From: Micromonospora parva
GTDB taxonomy: Bacteria > Actinomycetota > Actinomycetes > Mycobacteriales > Micromonosporaceae
DNA length: 32,000 nt
Assembly: GCF_040649675.1 (NCBI RefSeq)
Contig: NZ_JBEZFX010000001.1
Coordinates: 1,111,095 to 1,143,094 of the forward strand
Direction of reading: 5' to 3'
Shown: piece by piece, positions 1-7,419 of the stretch
How positions within the stretch are numbered: the stretch's first letter is position 1
Layout of the letters: the number at the start of each line of letters is the position of its first letter
The notes under the pieces: model-generated
What the model was told of the DNA's origin: nothing
The model's database searches: none
What the model saw: the letters and a program-made list of their open reading frames with translations, nothing else
Made by a program: the position numbers and the translations under genes

Positions 1-1512
1 GGTCACGACGGTCAGACCGACGCCGTGCTTGCGGGCGGACTTGGCGAGGGTCTCCAGGAACACGCCGCCGCGACCGCCGGAGAGCAGTTTCCACGCCTCG
101 TCCACCAGCACCATCCGCAGCACGTCCGGTCGAGCGCCGGAGGCGGTCGCGCCGCGTACGGTGAGCCAGATCGTGTCCAGGGTGAGCAGCGTGCCGACCG
201 GGTGAAGTTGCTCGGGTAGGTCCTTGATGGCGAAGACCACGAGGTGCCCCTGCGCGGCGGTGGTGGTCGGCCCGTCGAACAGGCCCTTCATGCTGCCGGC
301 GACGTAGGGGTGCAGGCGGGCGGCGACTCGGCGGCCCGCGTCGTCAGTGTCTTCTAGGGCGGCCATCACGTCGGCCAGTAGCGGCGCCGGTCGCTTCCAG
401 GTGCGAGGGTCGGTGGTGATTCCCTTGGCCCGGTACGCCGCGAGCACGGCAACATCGAGGGACCGGGCTTCGTCGCCGGGCAGGGGCGCGCTGACGGCGG
501 TGTCACCGCTGCCCATCACGGTCACGAGCGTGTGCAGGAACCGTGCCCGGTCGTTGAGCGCGTCGCCGTCACCGGGCGGCAGGTCGAGAGGGTTGATCTT
601 CACGCCGGCCGCGCCGAGGCGGATGACGGTGCCGCCGACCGCGTCGGCCAGCCGGAGGTACTCGTCTTCGGGGTCGATGACGAACGCCTCCACCCCGAGG
701 CACAGGTTGCGCAGCAGGTCGAGCTTGGCCAGGTAGGACTTCCCTTCCCCGGAGCGGGCGAGGATGACGGCGTTGTAGTTGGACTGCGCCCACCGGTCCC
801 ACACGACCACCCCGGCCGAGTGCAGGTTGAGCCCGAACAGCACCCCCATGCCGCTGTCCCCAGCGGTGTCCGGCAGGTCGGGGCTGGTGAACGGAAAGCT
901 CGCGGCGAGGGCGTCAGTGTCGAAGACCCGCTTCAACCCGAGCGCGTCGAACGCCAGGGGTAGGCCGCTGATCCAGCCCTGCAACTGCCGCCACGTCACG
1001 GGCGCGGTGTTGAGCAGCAGCGAGGCGGCCAGGGACCGCACCTCCGCTATCCGGTCGGCGAGGTCGTCTGGGCTGGTGCCGTGGACGGTCAGGTACAAGC
1101 CGAGGCGGAACAGTCGGGCCTCGCCTCGGGCGACACGCGTGGCCAGCTCGGCGGCGTCGGCCGCGGCGGCGTCGAGTTCGGGATCGTCGAGGCGGCCCTT
1201 GGCCGCGTCGTGGCGGCGGGAGGACTCGAACCGGCCGCGCTGCTTGCGCAGCCGCTCGGAGGCCACCGCCGGCGGGACCGGCTCGATGTGGAAGGCGGCG
1301 TCAACAAGGCCCGGGTAGGACAGAATCGGTTCGGCCCACCCGGGGCCGACCTCGGCCGGGTAGCCGACGACGGCGAGGGTTGCGCTGTAGCCGTCCCCGA
1401 CCCGGACGTGTCGGCCGTCGACCTCTACGGCGTCCGGGGAACCGGGCAGGATCGTGGTCGACTCGGGCGCGGGACGCCGCCGCGTCGGCAGCAGTGCAGA
1501 GAGCAGGCTCAT
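1..1512 (-). CDS. VirB4/TraC-like conjugative T4SS ATPase (first 504 codons; 3' end lies beyond the left edge)
   Basis: Absent from the ORF track because there is no stop in the window. My own minus-strand translation from ATG 1512 reads MSLLSALLPTRRRPAPESTT... It contains Walker A ILARSGEGKSYLAK and Walker-B-like RMVLVDEAWKLL. The frame stays open to base 1. ATGA start/stop overlap with the upstream gene at 1509-1512. Confidence 0.85.
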   Translation of the reverse strand, partial: MSLLSALLPTRRRPAPESTTILPGSPDAVEVDGRHVRVGDGYSATLAVVGYPAEVGPGWAEPILSYPGLVDAAFHIEPVPPAVASERLRKQRGRFESSRRHDAAKGRLDDPELDAAAADAAELATRVARGEARLFRLGLYLTVHGTSPDDLADRIAEVRSLAASLLLNTAPVTWRQLQGWISGLPLAFDALGLKRVFDTDALAASFPFTSPDLPDTAGDSGMGVLFGLNLHSAGVVVWDRWAQSNYNAVILARSGEGKSYLAKLDLLRNLCLGVEAFVIDPEDEYLRLADAVGGTVIRLGAAGVKINPLDLPPGDGDALNDRARFLHTLVTVMGSGDTAVSAPLPGDEARSLDVAVLAAYRAKGITTDPRTWKRPAPLLADVMAALEDTDDAGRRVAARLHPYVAGSMKGLFDGPTTTAAQGHLVVFAIKDLPEQLHPVGTLLTLDTIWLTVRGATASGARPDVLRMVLVDEAWKLLSGGRGGVFLETLAKSARKHGVGLTVVT

Positions 1513-2435
1513 AGGTCGTCACCTCCGGCAGATGTGGCGTAGGGCGTGAGGGCCGGGGCGGTGGGGTCGAGGCTGGCCGCGAGCCGCACCGTGGCATCCG
1601 GCCCATCGAGGACCCGGGCGGGAACCTCGCAGCCGGCGAGGGCACGCACCGCCTCGGCCGCGTGGTGCGCGGCGTGGTGCGGGCCGCGTCGGCTGCGCAC
1701 GGCGACGGTGACCTGCCGGTGCAGCAGCTCGCGCTGCCCGGCCAGGTCATCGAGGAACGCCACGTGCGCGCGGGCTGCCTCCTCCAACGCGGGGTGCGCC
1801 AGCCCCGGGGCGGCGGCGAGGAACCGGTCGGCGAGGTAGGTCAGGTCGACCCGTTGCGCCCGCACCACGATCTGCGCCGGGCCGTCGAGGCTGTGCAGCC
1901 ACCGCGCGAACCCAGCCACCAGGCCGTTCTGCTCCCCAGGTGTCCGCAGCCCGAATGCCACCGTCGAGGCGGCGACCAGGCCCGTCGTGCCGTCCGAACC
2001 GAGATCGACCAGCCCCTCGCCGGTAATGCCCCTCGCGGGCAGCCGCAGCGGTGCGGGCAGCGGTAGCCGTTCACCCGGACCAGCGGTGGTGACAACCCAC
2101 GCCGGAGCCGGGATGACCGGCCCGTCGGCCGGCACGAGCCGACGCGGACTGCGGCGGTGCCGCAGCGCCGCGAGGACCCAGGCGTCGAGACCGATGCCGT
2201 CCCGGCGGCCGACCGCGAGCAGGAACGCCCCAGCGGCAACCGGCATCGCACCCGCGAGGAACACCAGCGGATGCACGAGAGTCGCCACCGCCGTCCACAC
2301 CGCGTAGAGCAGCAGACCCGTCACGGCCAGGATCACCAACTGCCGTCCCGACATGCCGAACGCGAGCCTGTCCGGCCGCTCGATGTCTGCGGGAACCCGA
2401 GCCCGCATCGGAGCCTCGTCGCTGTGGCGGCTCAC
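1509..2435 (-). CDS. PrgI/TcpE-type (VirB3-like) T4SS membrane protein
   Basis: Track ORF of 308 aa. The N-terminus VPADIERPDRLAFGMSGRQLVILAVTGLLLYAVW plus a second hydrophobic span matches PrgI/TcpE-family proteins, which sit directly upstream of VirB4 in Gram-positive/actinobacterial transfer loci. GTGA overlap at 2432-2435 and ATGA overlap at 1509-1512. Confidence 0.65.
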   Translation of the reverse strand: MSRHSDEAPMRARVPADIERPDRLAFGMSGRQLVILAVTGLLLYAVWTAVATLVHPLVFLAGAMPVAAGAFLLAVGRRDGIGLDAWVLAALRHRRSPRRLVPADGPVIPAPAWVVTTAGPGERLPLPAPLRLPARGITGEGLVDLGSDGTTGLVAASTVAFGLRTPGEQNGLVAGFARWLHSLDGPAQIVVRAQRVDLTYLADRFLAAAPGLAHPALEEAARAHVAFLDDLAGQRELLHRQVTVAVRSRRGPHHAAHHAAEAVRALAGCEVPARVLDGPDATVRLAASLDPTAPALTPYATSAGGDDL

Positions 2436-4495
2436 CCCTGATCACCCCTCGGTTTCGATGACGAGCGCGGCACCGGACCGGACGATCGAGCCGGCGGTGG
2501 GGACGGCGGGGACGGGGACGGCCCGGTACGGACGGCGGTCGGACCCGCCGGGGTCGCACCAGCCGCCGGGGACGGGGACGGGCGCGGCGGCGGGGTCGGG
2601 GCCACTGATCGCCGACCGTCCGTGGACGGCGGGACGGACGAGGCCGGTGGACGAGGCCGGGGTGCGCTGGCGGCTGGTGCTCGCCGGGCGGCGGACGGGG
2701 TGCTCGGGTTGGCGGCGGGTTGCCCACTCGGGGTGGCGCGCCGCGCCGCCGTAGGCCGTGTCCCGGGGGTCGAGGCTCGTCGTGACCCGCCGGCTCCCGG
2801 TGCGGCCGGAGCTGTGGAGAACACCGGCGTGACCGGGGCAGGTGGCCGGCGCGGCGCGCTCTGTGGCGCTGGTGCGGCGGAGAACGCCACCGCCGGTGCC
2901 GCGCCACTGGGTGTCGCTCTCGGTGTCGTGGCCGTGGCATCGCTGAAGGCGACTCGGGCGGGCGGTGCGGCCGGGGCCGGTGGACTCGGCTGAGGCGCGA
3001 ACGGGTGAGAGAACTGCGCGGCCGGGACACCACCGGACGGCGCTGGCGGTGGAGTGGACGGGGCCGCCGGGTGGCTGAAGGTAGGGGCGGCGTTCGTCCC
3101 GGACGGCGCGGACAGCGGCGTATGGGTGACCGGGGCGTGGCTGAAGGCCGCCGGTCCCGGCGGGGACGGCGGGACGGGAGTCGGCCCGAGACGGGGCGGA
3201 CGAGGTGGACGGGGCGGACGGGGGCCGCCCGACGCTGGACGGGGACCGGGCGGACGAGGTGCCGTCCGTCCGGCGGTCCGGGCCGCGCTCGCGCCGCCCA
3301 GGATGCCGGCCGCCGCGCCGAGCGTCTTGATGGTCAGGTAGGCGTGCATGAGCTGGCCGAGCAGTCCCCTGCCGTTGCGCTGTCCGAGCGGGCCGAGGAC
3401 GAACTGCCGCATCCAGCCCGGCAGTTTGATCAGCAGCCAGAGCATCGTCAGGCAGACCAGGACGCCGAGGAGCCCGTCTGCGGTCGAGGGCACGCCCAGC
3501 ACGGTCGGCCCGGCGGGGGTCAGGAAGACCTTCACCGTGGCCATGACGACGATCGCCTGACCGATCTGCAAGCCAAGGCAGGCGGCGAAGGCACGCCACC
3601 AGGTATGGGCGATGCCTTCGGTGAGCGGGCTGGCATGGCAGATCAATGCCGCTGGCGCCACGCCGACGAGGATGACCAGCGCGGCCAGCCGCAGGATGAA
3701 AGTGAACTCCACAAGCAGGCACATCACGACCACGGCGACGGCCAGGACCACCATCAGGAAGCCCTTGCCCTGCAGGGCGTTGTCCGCGATCTGCCCAATG
3801 GCTGCGGCCGCGGCCGGGCCGTCCACCGTGTTCCCGGCGATGGCCACGGTGAGCGCGTTGGTAAGCACGATGGCCTGCTGACCGATGAGCAGACTGCCGT
3901 TAGCCAGCACCGCGCCCAGCGCGATCCGGGGCAGCACCTGCTTGAGCCCATGCTGGCTCTGCAGGGTCTCCCTGGTCGTGATGAGGAAACCGTTGGCGAC
4001 GATGAACAGCACGAAGACGCCATTGGCCGTGATCAGACTGGTCGTCCAGATTGCCTTGACGTGCTCGTTGTCGGTGAGGTCGGGGGTGGACAGCCACGAC
4101 GCGCCGAGGGCTTCCATCACCGGCTGAAGAGCCTGCTCGGCGGCCCAGACGACCAGGTCGACCACGGCCTTGCGGATCTGGCCCCCGATGTCGTACCAGG
4201 GCGGATCATCGTCAACGGATGGCTGGCCGGGAGTCGGGGCCGGGCCGGGCGTGGGTGCCGGCGTGGCCGGCGCGGAGGGAGGCGGGTCCACTCCCGGCGG
4301 GCGGACGCCAGGGTCAGGCACGCCGGGCGTTGGCGGCGTACCGGGTGCGGTAGCGCGCGGGCCGGGTGCCGGGCTCGGCTCGGCGTGCGCCGGCCCGGCC
4401 CAGGTCAGGGCAAGGCCGGCGAGGATCACCAGGCCGAGCAGCAGCAACGCCACCGGTCGGACCGGGCGGCGGATTCGGATCGCGAGGGCAGTCAT
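2432..4495 (-). CDS. VirB6/TrbL-like polytopic T4SS membrane protein with long Pro/Ala-rich C-terminal tail
   Basis: Track ORF 2432..4966. I place the start at the internal ATG 4495 (MTALAIRIRRPVRPVALLLLGLVILAGLALTWAGPAHAEP, signal/TM-like). The upstream 157 codons are Arg/Pro junk overlapping the pilin gene in another frame. The pilin stop and this ATG share a base (TGATGA). The centre has multiple hydrophobic spans (e.g. FLMVVLAVAVVVMCLLVEFTFILRLAALVILVGVAPAALI). The last 286 aa are Pro/Ala/Ser-rich. Confidence 0.7.
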   Translation of the reverse strand: MTALAIRIRRPVRPVALLLLGLVILAGLALTWAGPAHAEPSPAPGPRATAPGTPPTPGVPDPGVRPPGVDPPPSAPATPAPTPGPAPTPGQPSVDDDPPWYDIGGQIRKAVVDLVVWAAEQALQPVMEALGASWLSTPDLTDNEHVKAIWTTSLITANGVFVLFIVANGFLITTRETLQSQHGLKQVLPRIALGAVLANGSLLIGQQAIVLTNALTVAIAGNTVDGPAAAAAIGQIADNALQGKGFLMVVLAVAVVVMCLLVEFTFILRLAALVILVGVAPAALICHASPLTEGIAHTWWRAFAACLGLQIGQAIVVMATVKVFLTPAGPTVLGVPSTADGLLGVLVCLTMLWLLIKLPGWMRQFVLGPLGQRNGRGLLGQLMHAYLTIKTLGAAAGILGGASAARTAGRTAPRPPGPRPASGGPRPPRPPRPPRLGPTPVPPSPPGPAAFSHAPVTHTPLSAPSGTNAAPTFSHPAAPSTPPPAPSGGVPAAQFSHPFAPQPSPPAPAAPPARVAFSDATATTPRATPSGAAPAVAFSAAPAPQSAPRRPPAPVTPVFSTAPAAPGAGGSRRASTPGTRPTAARRATPSGQPAANPSTPSAARRAPAASAPRPRPPASSVPPSTDGRRSVAPTPPPRPSPSPAAGATPAGPTAVRTGPSPSPPSPPPARSSGPVPRSSSKPRGDQG

Positions 4496-4941
4496 CAGGC
4501 CACCCAGGCGCCGACGATGGTCACGAACAGCGGCGCGAGCAGCGCGAGGGCGTAGCCGATCGCGGCGGACCGCAGCGCGAGCTTGGCCTTCTCCACCTCG
4601 CCGGGGTCGCCATTCGCGGCCATGTAGCGCAGCCCGCCGACGGTCAAGAAGAGCGTGGCAACGGCGACGAGGATGCCGATCAGCCAGGTACGGATGTTGT
4701 TGGCGACCTGCTGGATCGACTCGACGGCCAGCACCACCGGGGCGGGCTCGGCCGCGTACGCCATCTGTGGCACGGCGACGAGGACTGCGGTCACCGCGGC
4801 GGTGTTGAGGAGGACCAGCGCGGCGCGGACGGTTCGAGGACGGTATCGACGCAGGCGGCGGACGAATGGCCGTCCGCGCCTGCCGGCCCCGAGGCGGCGG
4901 CCGGCCGCCGCCTCGGGGCACGGGAAGGGGACGTGGTTCAT
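4495..4941 (-). CDS. VirB2/TrbC-like pilin-type small membrane protein
   Basis: Track ORF 4495..4983 (TTG start). I prefer ATG 4941 (MNHVPFP...), preceded by GGAGG about 12 nt upstream. It has a basic leader, a hydrophobic span ending AYA/AEP (signal-peptidase-like), and two further TM spans (WLIGILVAVATLFLTVGGL; AAIGYALALLAPLFVTIVGAWV). It sits first in the T4SS operon. Confidence 0.6.
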   Translation of the reverse strand: MNHVPFPCPEAAAGRRLGAGRRGRPFVRRLRRYRPRTVRAALVLLNTAAVTAVLVAVPQMAYAAEPAPVVLAVESIQQVANNIRTWLIGILVAVATLFLTVGGLRYMAANGDPGEVEKAKLALRSAAIGYALALLAPLFVTIVGAWVA

Positions 4942-5168
4942 GGGGTTGGGCACCTCCGGTGCGCACGCCTCAGCAGCCCGCAACGGGGCATGGGTGCGCG
5001 AGTGGGCGACGAAGGCGGGACCGGACGATGCGCTTGGTGAGGTGACCTGTGGTGCCGACCGGCGCGGCCGTCCTCCTCACCGGGAAGGCGATGGGCCGGG
5101 GACCGTGCGGGGTGTCAGCGCCGTCAGCGGGTCCGGTCGGAACAGGTCACCTGCGCGGAAGAGTCCCG

Positions 5169-5204
5169 CACTAGGGGATTACAAATCCGAGCCTCGGATT
5201 GGAA
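5169..5204. repeat. Left copy of a 36-bp inverted repeat (CACTAGGGGATTACAAATCCGAGCCTCGGATTGGAA)
   Basis: Its reverse complement recurs at 6627-6662 with 35/36 identity. It contains nested palindromes GGATT-ACA-AATCC and AATCCGAG-C-CTCGGATT. It lies 22 bp downstream of the stop of the 5227-6048 gene. Confidence 0.9.
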
Positions 5205-5226
5205 ACCCGCAGCTCAGACAGGCTGC

Positions 5227-6048
5227 TTACAGACGCTTCCGCACGGAAGGCACGTCCAGGGCCAGGGTCGCGGTGGCCTCGTTGATCACGTCGGCGTACG
5301 GCTCGGACAGCTCCCCGGACTCGATCGCGGCCTTCAGCCGGGCGACGGCAGCCGTCCGGCGCTTGTAGAGGTTCCAGCGGGGCTGGCCGGTGCGCTCGGC
5401 GTAGGCGGTGAGACTGACCTCTTCCAGGTACGTCGCGCCGATCAGCTCCGCCTCCTGGACGGTGATGACCTCGGCGTTGACCGCGCGGGCGAGAACGAGA
5501 TCCGGATGGCCGTATGGGGCCGGCGGCAACACCGCCCCCGGGGCGTGGTTCGGCGCCCCGGACGAGGCCGGCTCCTGCTCGCGCAGCTCGGCGCGGGCCT
5601 TGGAGAACGCGGCGGTCAGCAGGTTGCCGACCACGCCGGGCTTAGCTACATCGACCGTGCCGAGGGCGCGGAGGAAGTGCTCGACGATGGCGGCCTGCAC
5701 GTCGCCGGTGAAAAGCTTGGCCAGCAGGTACGCCTTGAACCGCAGGCCCGGCAGCGCGACGCCGACCGCGCCGGCACGCCACGCCGGGTCTCCGGTACGG
5801 GCGCGCTGCGCCAGCAGCCGCCACGCCGCGTCCCGGGCGGCGTAGCCGCAGGACGGGTGCATGAGGATCGCCGACAGCTCGGGCAGTGCGATGCGACGGC
5901 GGGGCAGGCCGTGGCCGAGGCTGCGGCCGTCCACCGACAGCGGGCTCGACCCCTGCCCCATCAGCCGGAATCGGTACTCGATGTCGTTGAGCAGCGTCTC
6001 ACCGCGCCGGGAGACGGCTGGCTCGGTAGCGGGGGTACGACGGTCCAT
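5227..6048 (-). CDS. Sigma-70 region-4-like / HTH regulatory protein of the conjugative element
   Basis: Track ORF of 273 aa with GAGGGAG 7 nt upstream of ATG 6048. The C-terminal segment VQEAELIGATYLEEVSLTAYAERTGQPRWNLYKRRTAAVARLKAAI looks like a sigma region-4/LuxR-type HTH. No transposase DDE pattern was seen. Confidence 0.55.
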   Translation of the reverse strand: MDRRTPATEPAVSRRGETLLNDIEYRFRLMGQGSSPLSVDGRSLGHGLPRRRIALPELSAILMHPSCGYAARDAAWRLLAQRARTGDPAWRAGAVGVALPGLRFKAYLLAKLFTGDVQAAIVEHFLRALGTVDVAKPGVVGNLLTAAFSKARAELREQEPASSGAPNHAPGAVLPPAPYGHPDLVLARAVNAEVITVQEAELIGATYLEEVSLTAYAERTGQPRWNLYKRRTAAVARLKAAIESGELSEPYADVINEATATLALDVPSVRKRL

Positions 6049-6127
6049 GGTGGTGCTCCCTCGTGATGACCGTGTGCCGTCCGGCGGGAGTGCCGGTCAG
6101 CGCTGTGCCACCACGCCACCAGGGCCT

Positions 6128-6581
6128 TTGAACAGATCATGAACACTCCTGATCTTGTTCAAGGTGCCTCGACCCGTGTTCAACCCAGCCGCCGCCGACC
6201 CTCGTCAATGCGTCTCGACGTCAGCCGGCGGACACCCCGAGCCGGGGTGTTCAACCCGTCGCCAGGCTGTTCAAGACCCTTCATGCCGGGCGCAACCACG
6301 TCGGAACGGCACCCTTGAACACGCACCACCCACGGGGATGAAGCAGGACGCCACGAGCGACTCTCGCCGGGCGTGCTCACGCCCCATCGCGATCTTGTTC
6401 AAGGTCCCGATGCGGTCGGCCGCCTCGTGTTCAAGCAGATGACGATCTTGTTCAAACCAGCGAGGATCTTGTTCAACCGGTCACCGATACGTCGGCAATC
6501 CGCGTGGCTCGCGTGATGTCGACAGCCCGGTGTCTCGACGGCTGTGACCTGCGTGTTCAACCCGTTGAGGATCTTGTTCAA
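6128..6581. repeat. Iteron field: 11 forward and 2-3 inverted copies of TGTTCAA, five extended to GATCTTGTTCAA
   Basis: GATCTTGTTCAA occurs at 6151, 6391, 6444, 6465 and 6570. TGTTCAA cores occur at 6177, 6248, 6268, 6428 and 6554. Inverted TTGAACA occurs at 6128 and 6315, with a variant ATGAACA at 6139. Cores within clusters are spaced 20-21 bp: 6156/6177, 6248/6268, 6428/6449/6470 and 6554/6575. The region is non-coding, lying between the divergent genes 5227-6048(-) and 6670-7419(+). Confidence 0.9.
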
Positions 6582-6626
6582 CCGGGCGGCGTCGAGCGAC
6601 GCACCCGGATCGGCACTGGGCGCGGC

Positions 6627-6662
6627 TTCCAATCCGAGGCCCGGATTTGTAATCCCCTAGTG
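6627..6662. repeat. Right copy of the 36-bp inverted repeat
   Basis: TTCCAATCCGAGGCCCGGATTTGTAATCCCCTAGTG is the reverse complement of 5169-5204 with one mismatch, which falls in the hairpin arm. It ends 8 bp before the 6670 ORF start. Confidence 0.9.
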
Positions 6663-6669
6663 TCAGCGC

Positions 6670-7419
6670 TTGTCGGCGGACGTGGCCCACACGCCCATGC
6701 CGAAGCCCAGCTCCACCGCCCCCGGTGACCGGCCTCAGCCGGTACCAGTCGGGCTGCTCCTTCCCCGCACCCGCGTCCCGCGCACGCCCCGTCCGGGAGT
6801 GCCGGACTGGCACGGGCTCTCCCCGAACCACCTCGCCTACCTCATCCGCCGCTACACCGACGCTGGTGACGTGGTGCTCGATGTCGACGCGCACCCCGCC
6901 GCCATCGCCGCGACCGCCTACCTGCGTCGGGTACCGGCCCGGCTGGTCACCGGTCGCCACGGTCTGCGCGTGCGGCTCCTACCGCCCGCGCCCGGACGCC
7001 GGAACCGCCGCGTGGCGCGCTGGCCCGGTGCGCGCGTCGACCTGATCCTGGCGACGCTGCCGGGAGGGGCAAAGCGCCTCGCGCCAGACGACGTGGCCAC
7101 AGCGATGACCGCCTGGCGGCCTCTGCTGCGCCCCGGCGGGTTCCTGCTCGTCGGACTCACCACCCCGCAGCCGCAGCCGGGCGAGTTCAGCCACCGAGCC
7201 ACAGTCATCGCCGCCGCCCGCGCCGCCGGACTCTTCTACCACCAGCACATCCCCGCCGTCCTCGTCCCGCTGCCCGAGCACGAGCCACGCACCGCCCCGG
7301 AACACCCCGACGAGGCTGACGACGGCCGGCGCCTGCTCGCTGGCCGTCACCTTCCGGCGTTCCGGGACTTGCTCGTGTTCGGCACCACCGCCACCGGTGA
7401 GGAGAACACCCGTGCCTGA
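6670..7419 (+). CDS. Degenerate (probably catalytically inactive) paralogue of the downstream DNA methyltransferase
   Basis: Track ORF of 249 aa; start uncertain (TTG 6670, GTG 6682 or ATG 6697). It aligns by eye with the next gene. YLIRRYTDAGDVVLDVDAHPAAIAATAYLRR matches YAVRTYTNPGDVVLDPMAGIGTTVIEAMRLGR, so the GxGT SAM loop is lost. VDLILATLPGG matches VSLVITSPPYG, so SPPY is lost. LLRPGGFLLV matches LLRPGGHVVV. Confidence 0.6.
   Translation: MSADVAHTPMPKPSSTAPGDRPQPVPVGLLLPRTRVPRTPRPGVPDWHGLSPNHLAYLIRRYTDAGDVVLDVDAHPAAIAATAYLRRVPARLVTGRHGLRVRLLPPAPGRRNRRVARWPGARVDLILATLPGGAKRLAPDDVATAMTAWRPLLRPGGFLLVGLTTPQPQPGEFSHRATVIAAARAAGLFYHQHIPAVLVPLPEHEPRTAPEHPDEADDGRRLLAGRHLPAFRDLLVFGTTATGEENTRA

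Noticed and set aside
2071-4555. Very long alternative-frame ORFs: 3005..4555 + (516 aa), 2442..3722 - (426 aa), 2071..3033 - (320 aa), 4170..5040 +.
   Set aside because: Their translations are Arg/Pro/Gly-rich junk with no motifs. They are shadow frames of the VirB6-like and PrgI-like genes, as expected in DNA this GC-rich.
4496-4966. The upstream 157 codons of the 844-aa track ORF (start at 4966).
   Set aside because: This part overlaps the pilin-like gene in another frame and is Arg/Pro-rich. The internal ATG at 4495 gives a proper signal/TM N-terminus and a coupled stop/start.
6155-6632. Small ORFs across the iteron field (6155..6442 +, and 6399..6632 - with LNKIL repeats), and the idea of a CRISPR array.
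   Set aside because: The periodic peptide motif is just the translated DNA repeat. The repeats are only 7-12 bp, irregularly spaced and partly inverted, which is not CRISPR-like.
5169-6662. The IR-bracketed 1.5-kb segment as a conventional insertion sequence.
   Set aside because: The single ORF shows no DDE or serine/tyrosine recombinase signature. There is no target-site duplication. A third of the segment is an iteron field, which is atypical for an IS. The segment is reported instead as an unexplained IR-bracketed module.
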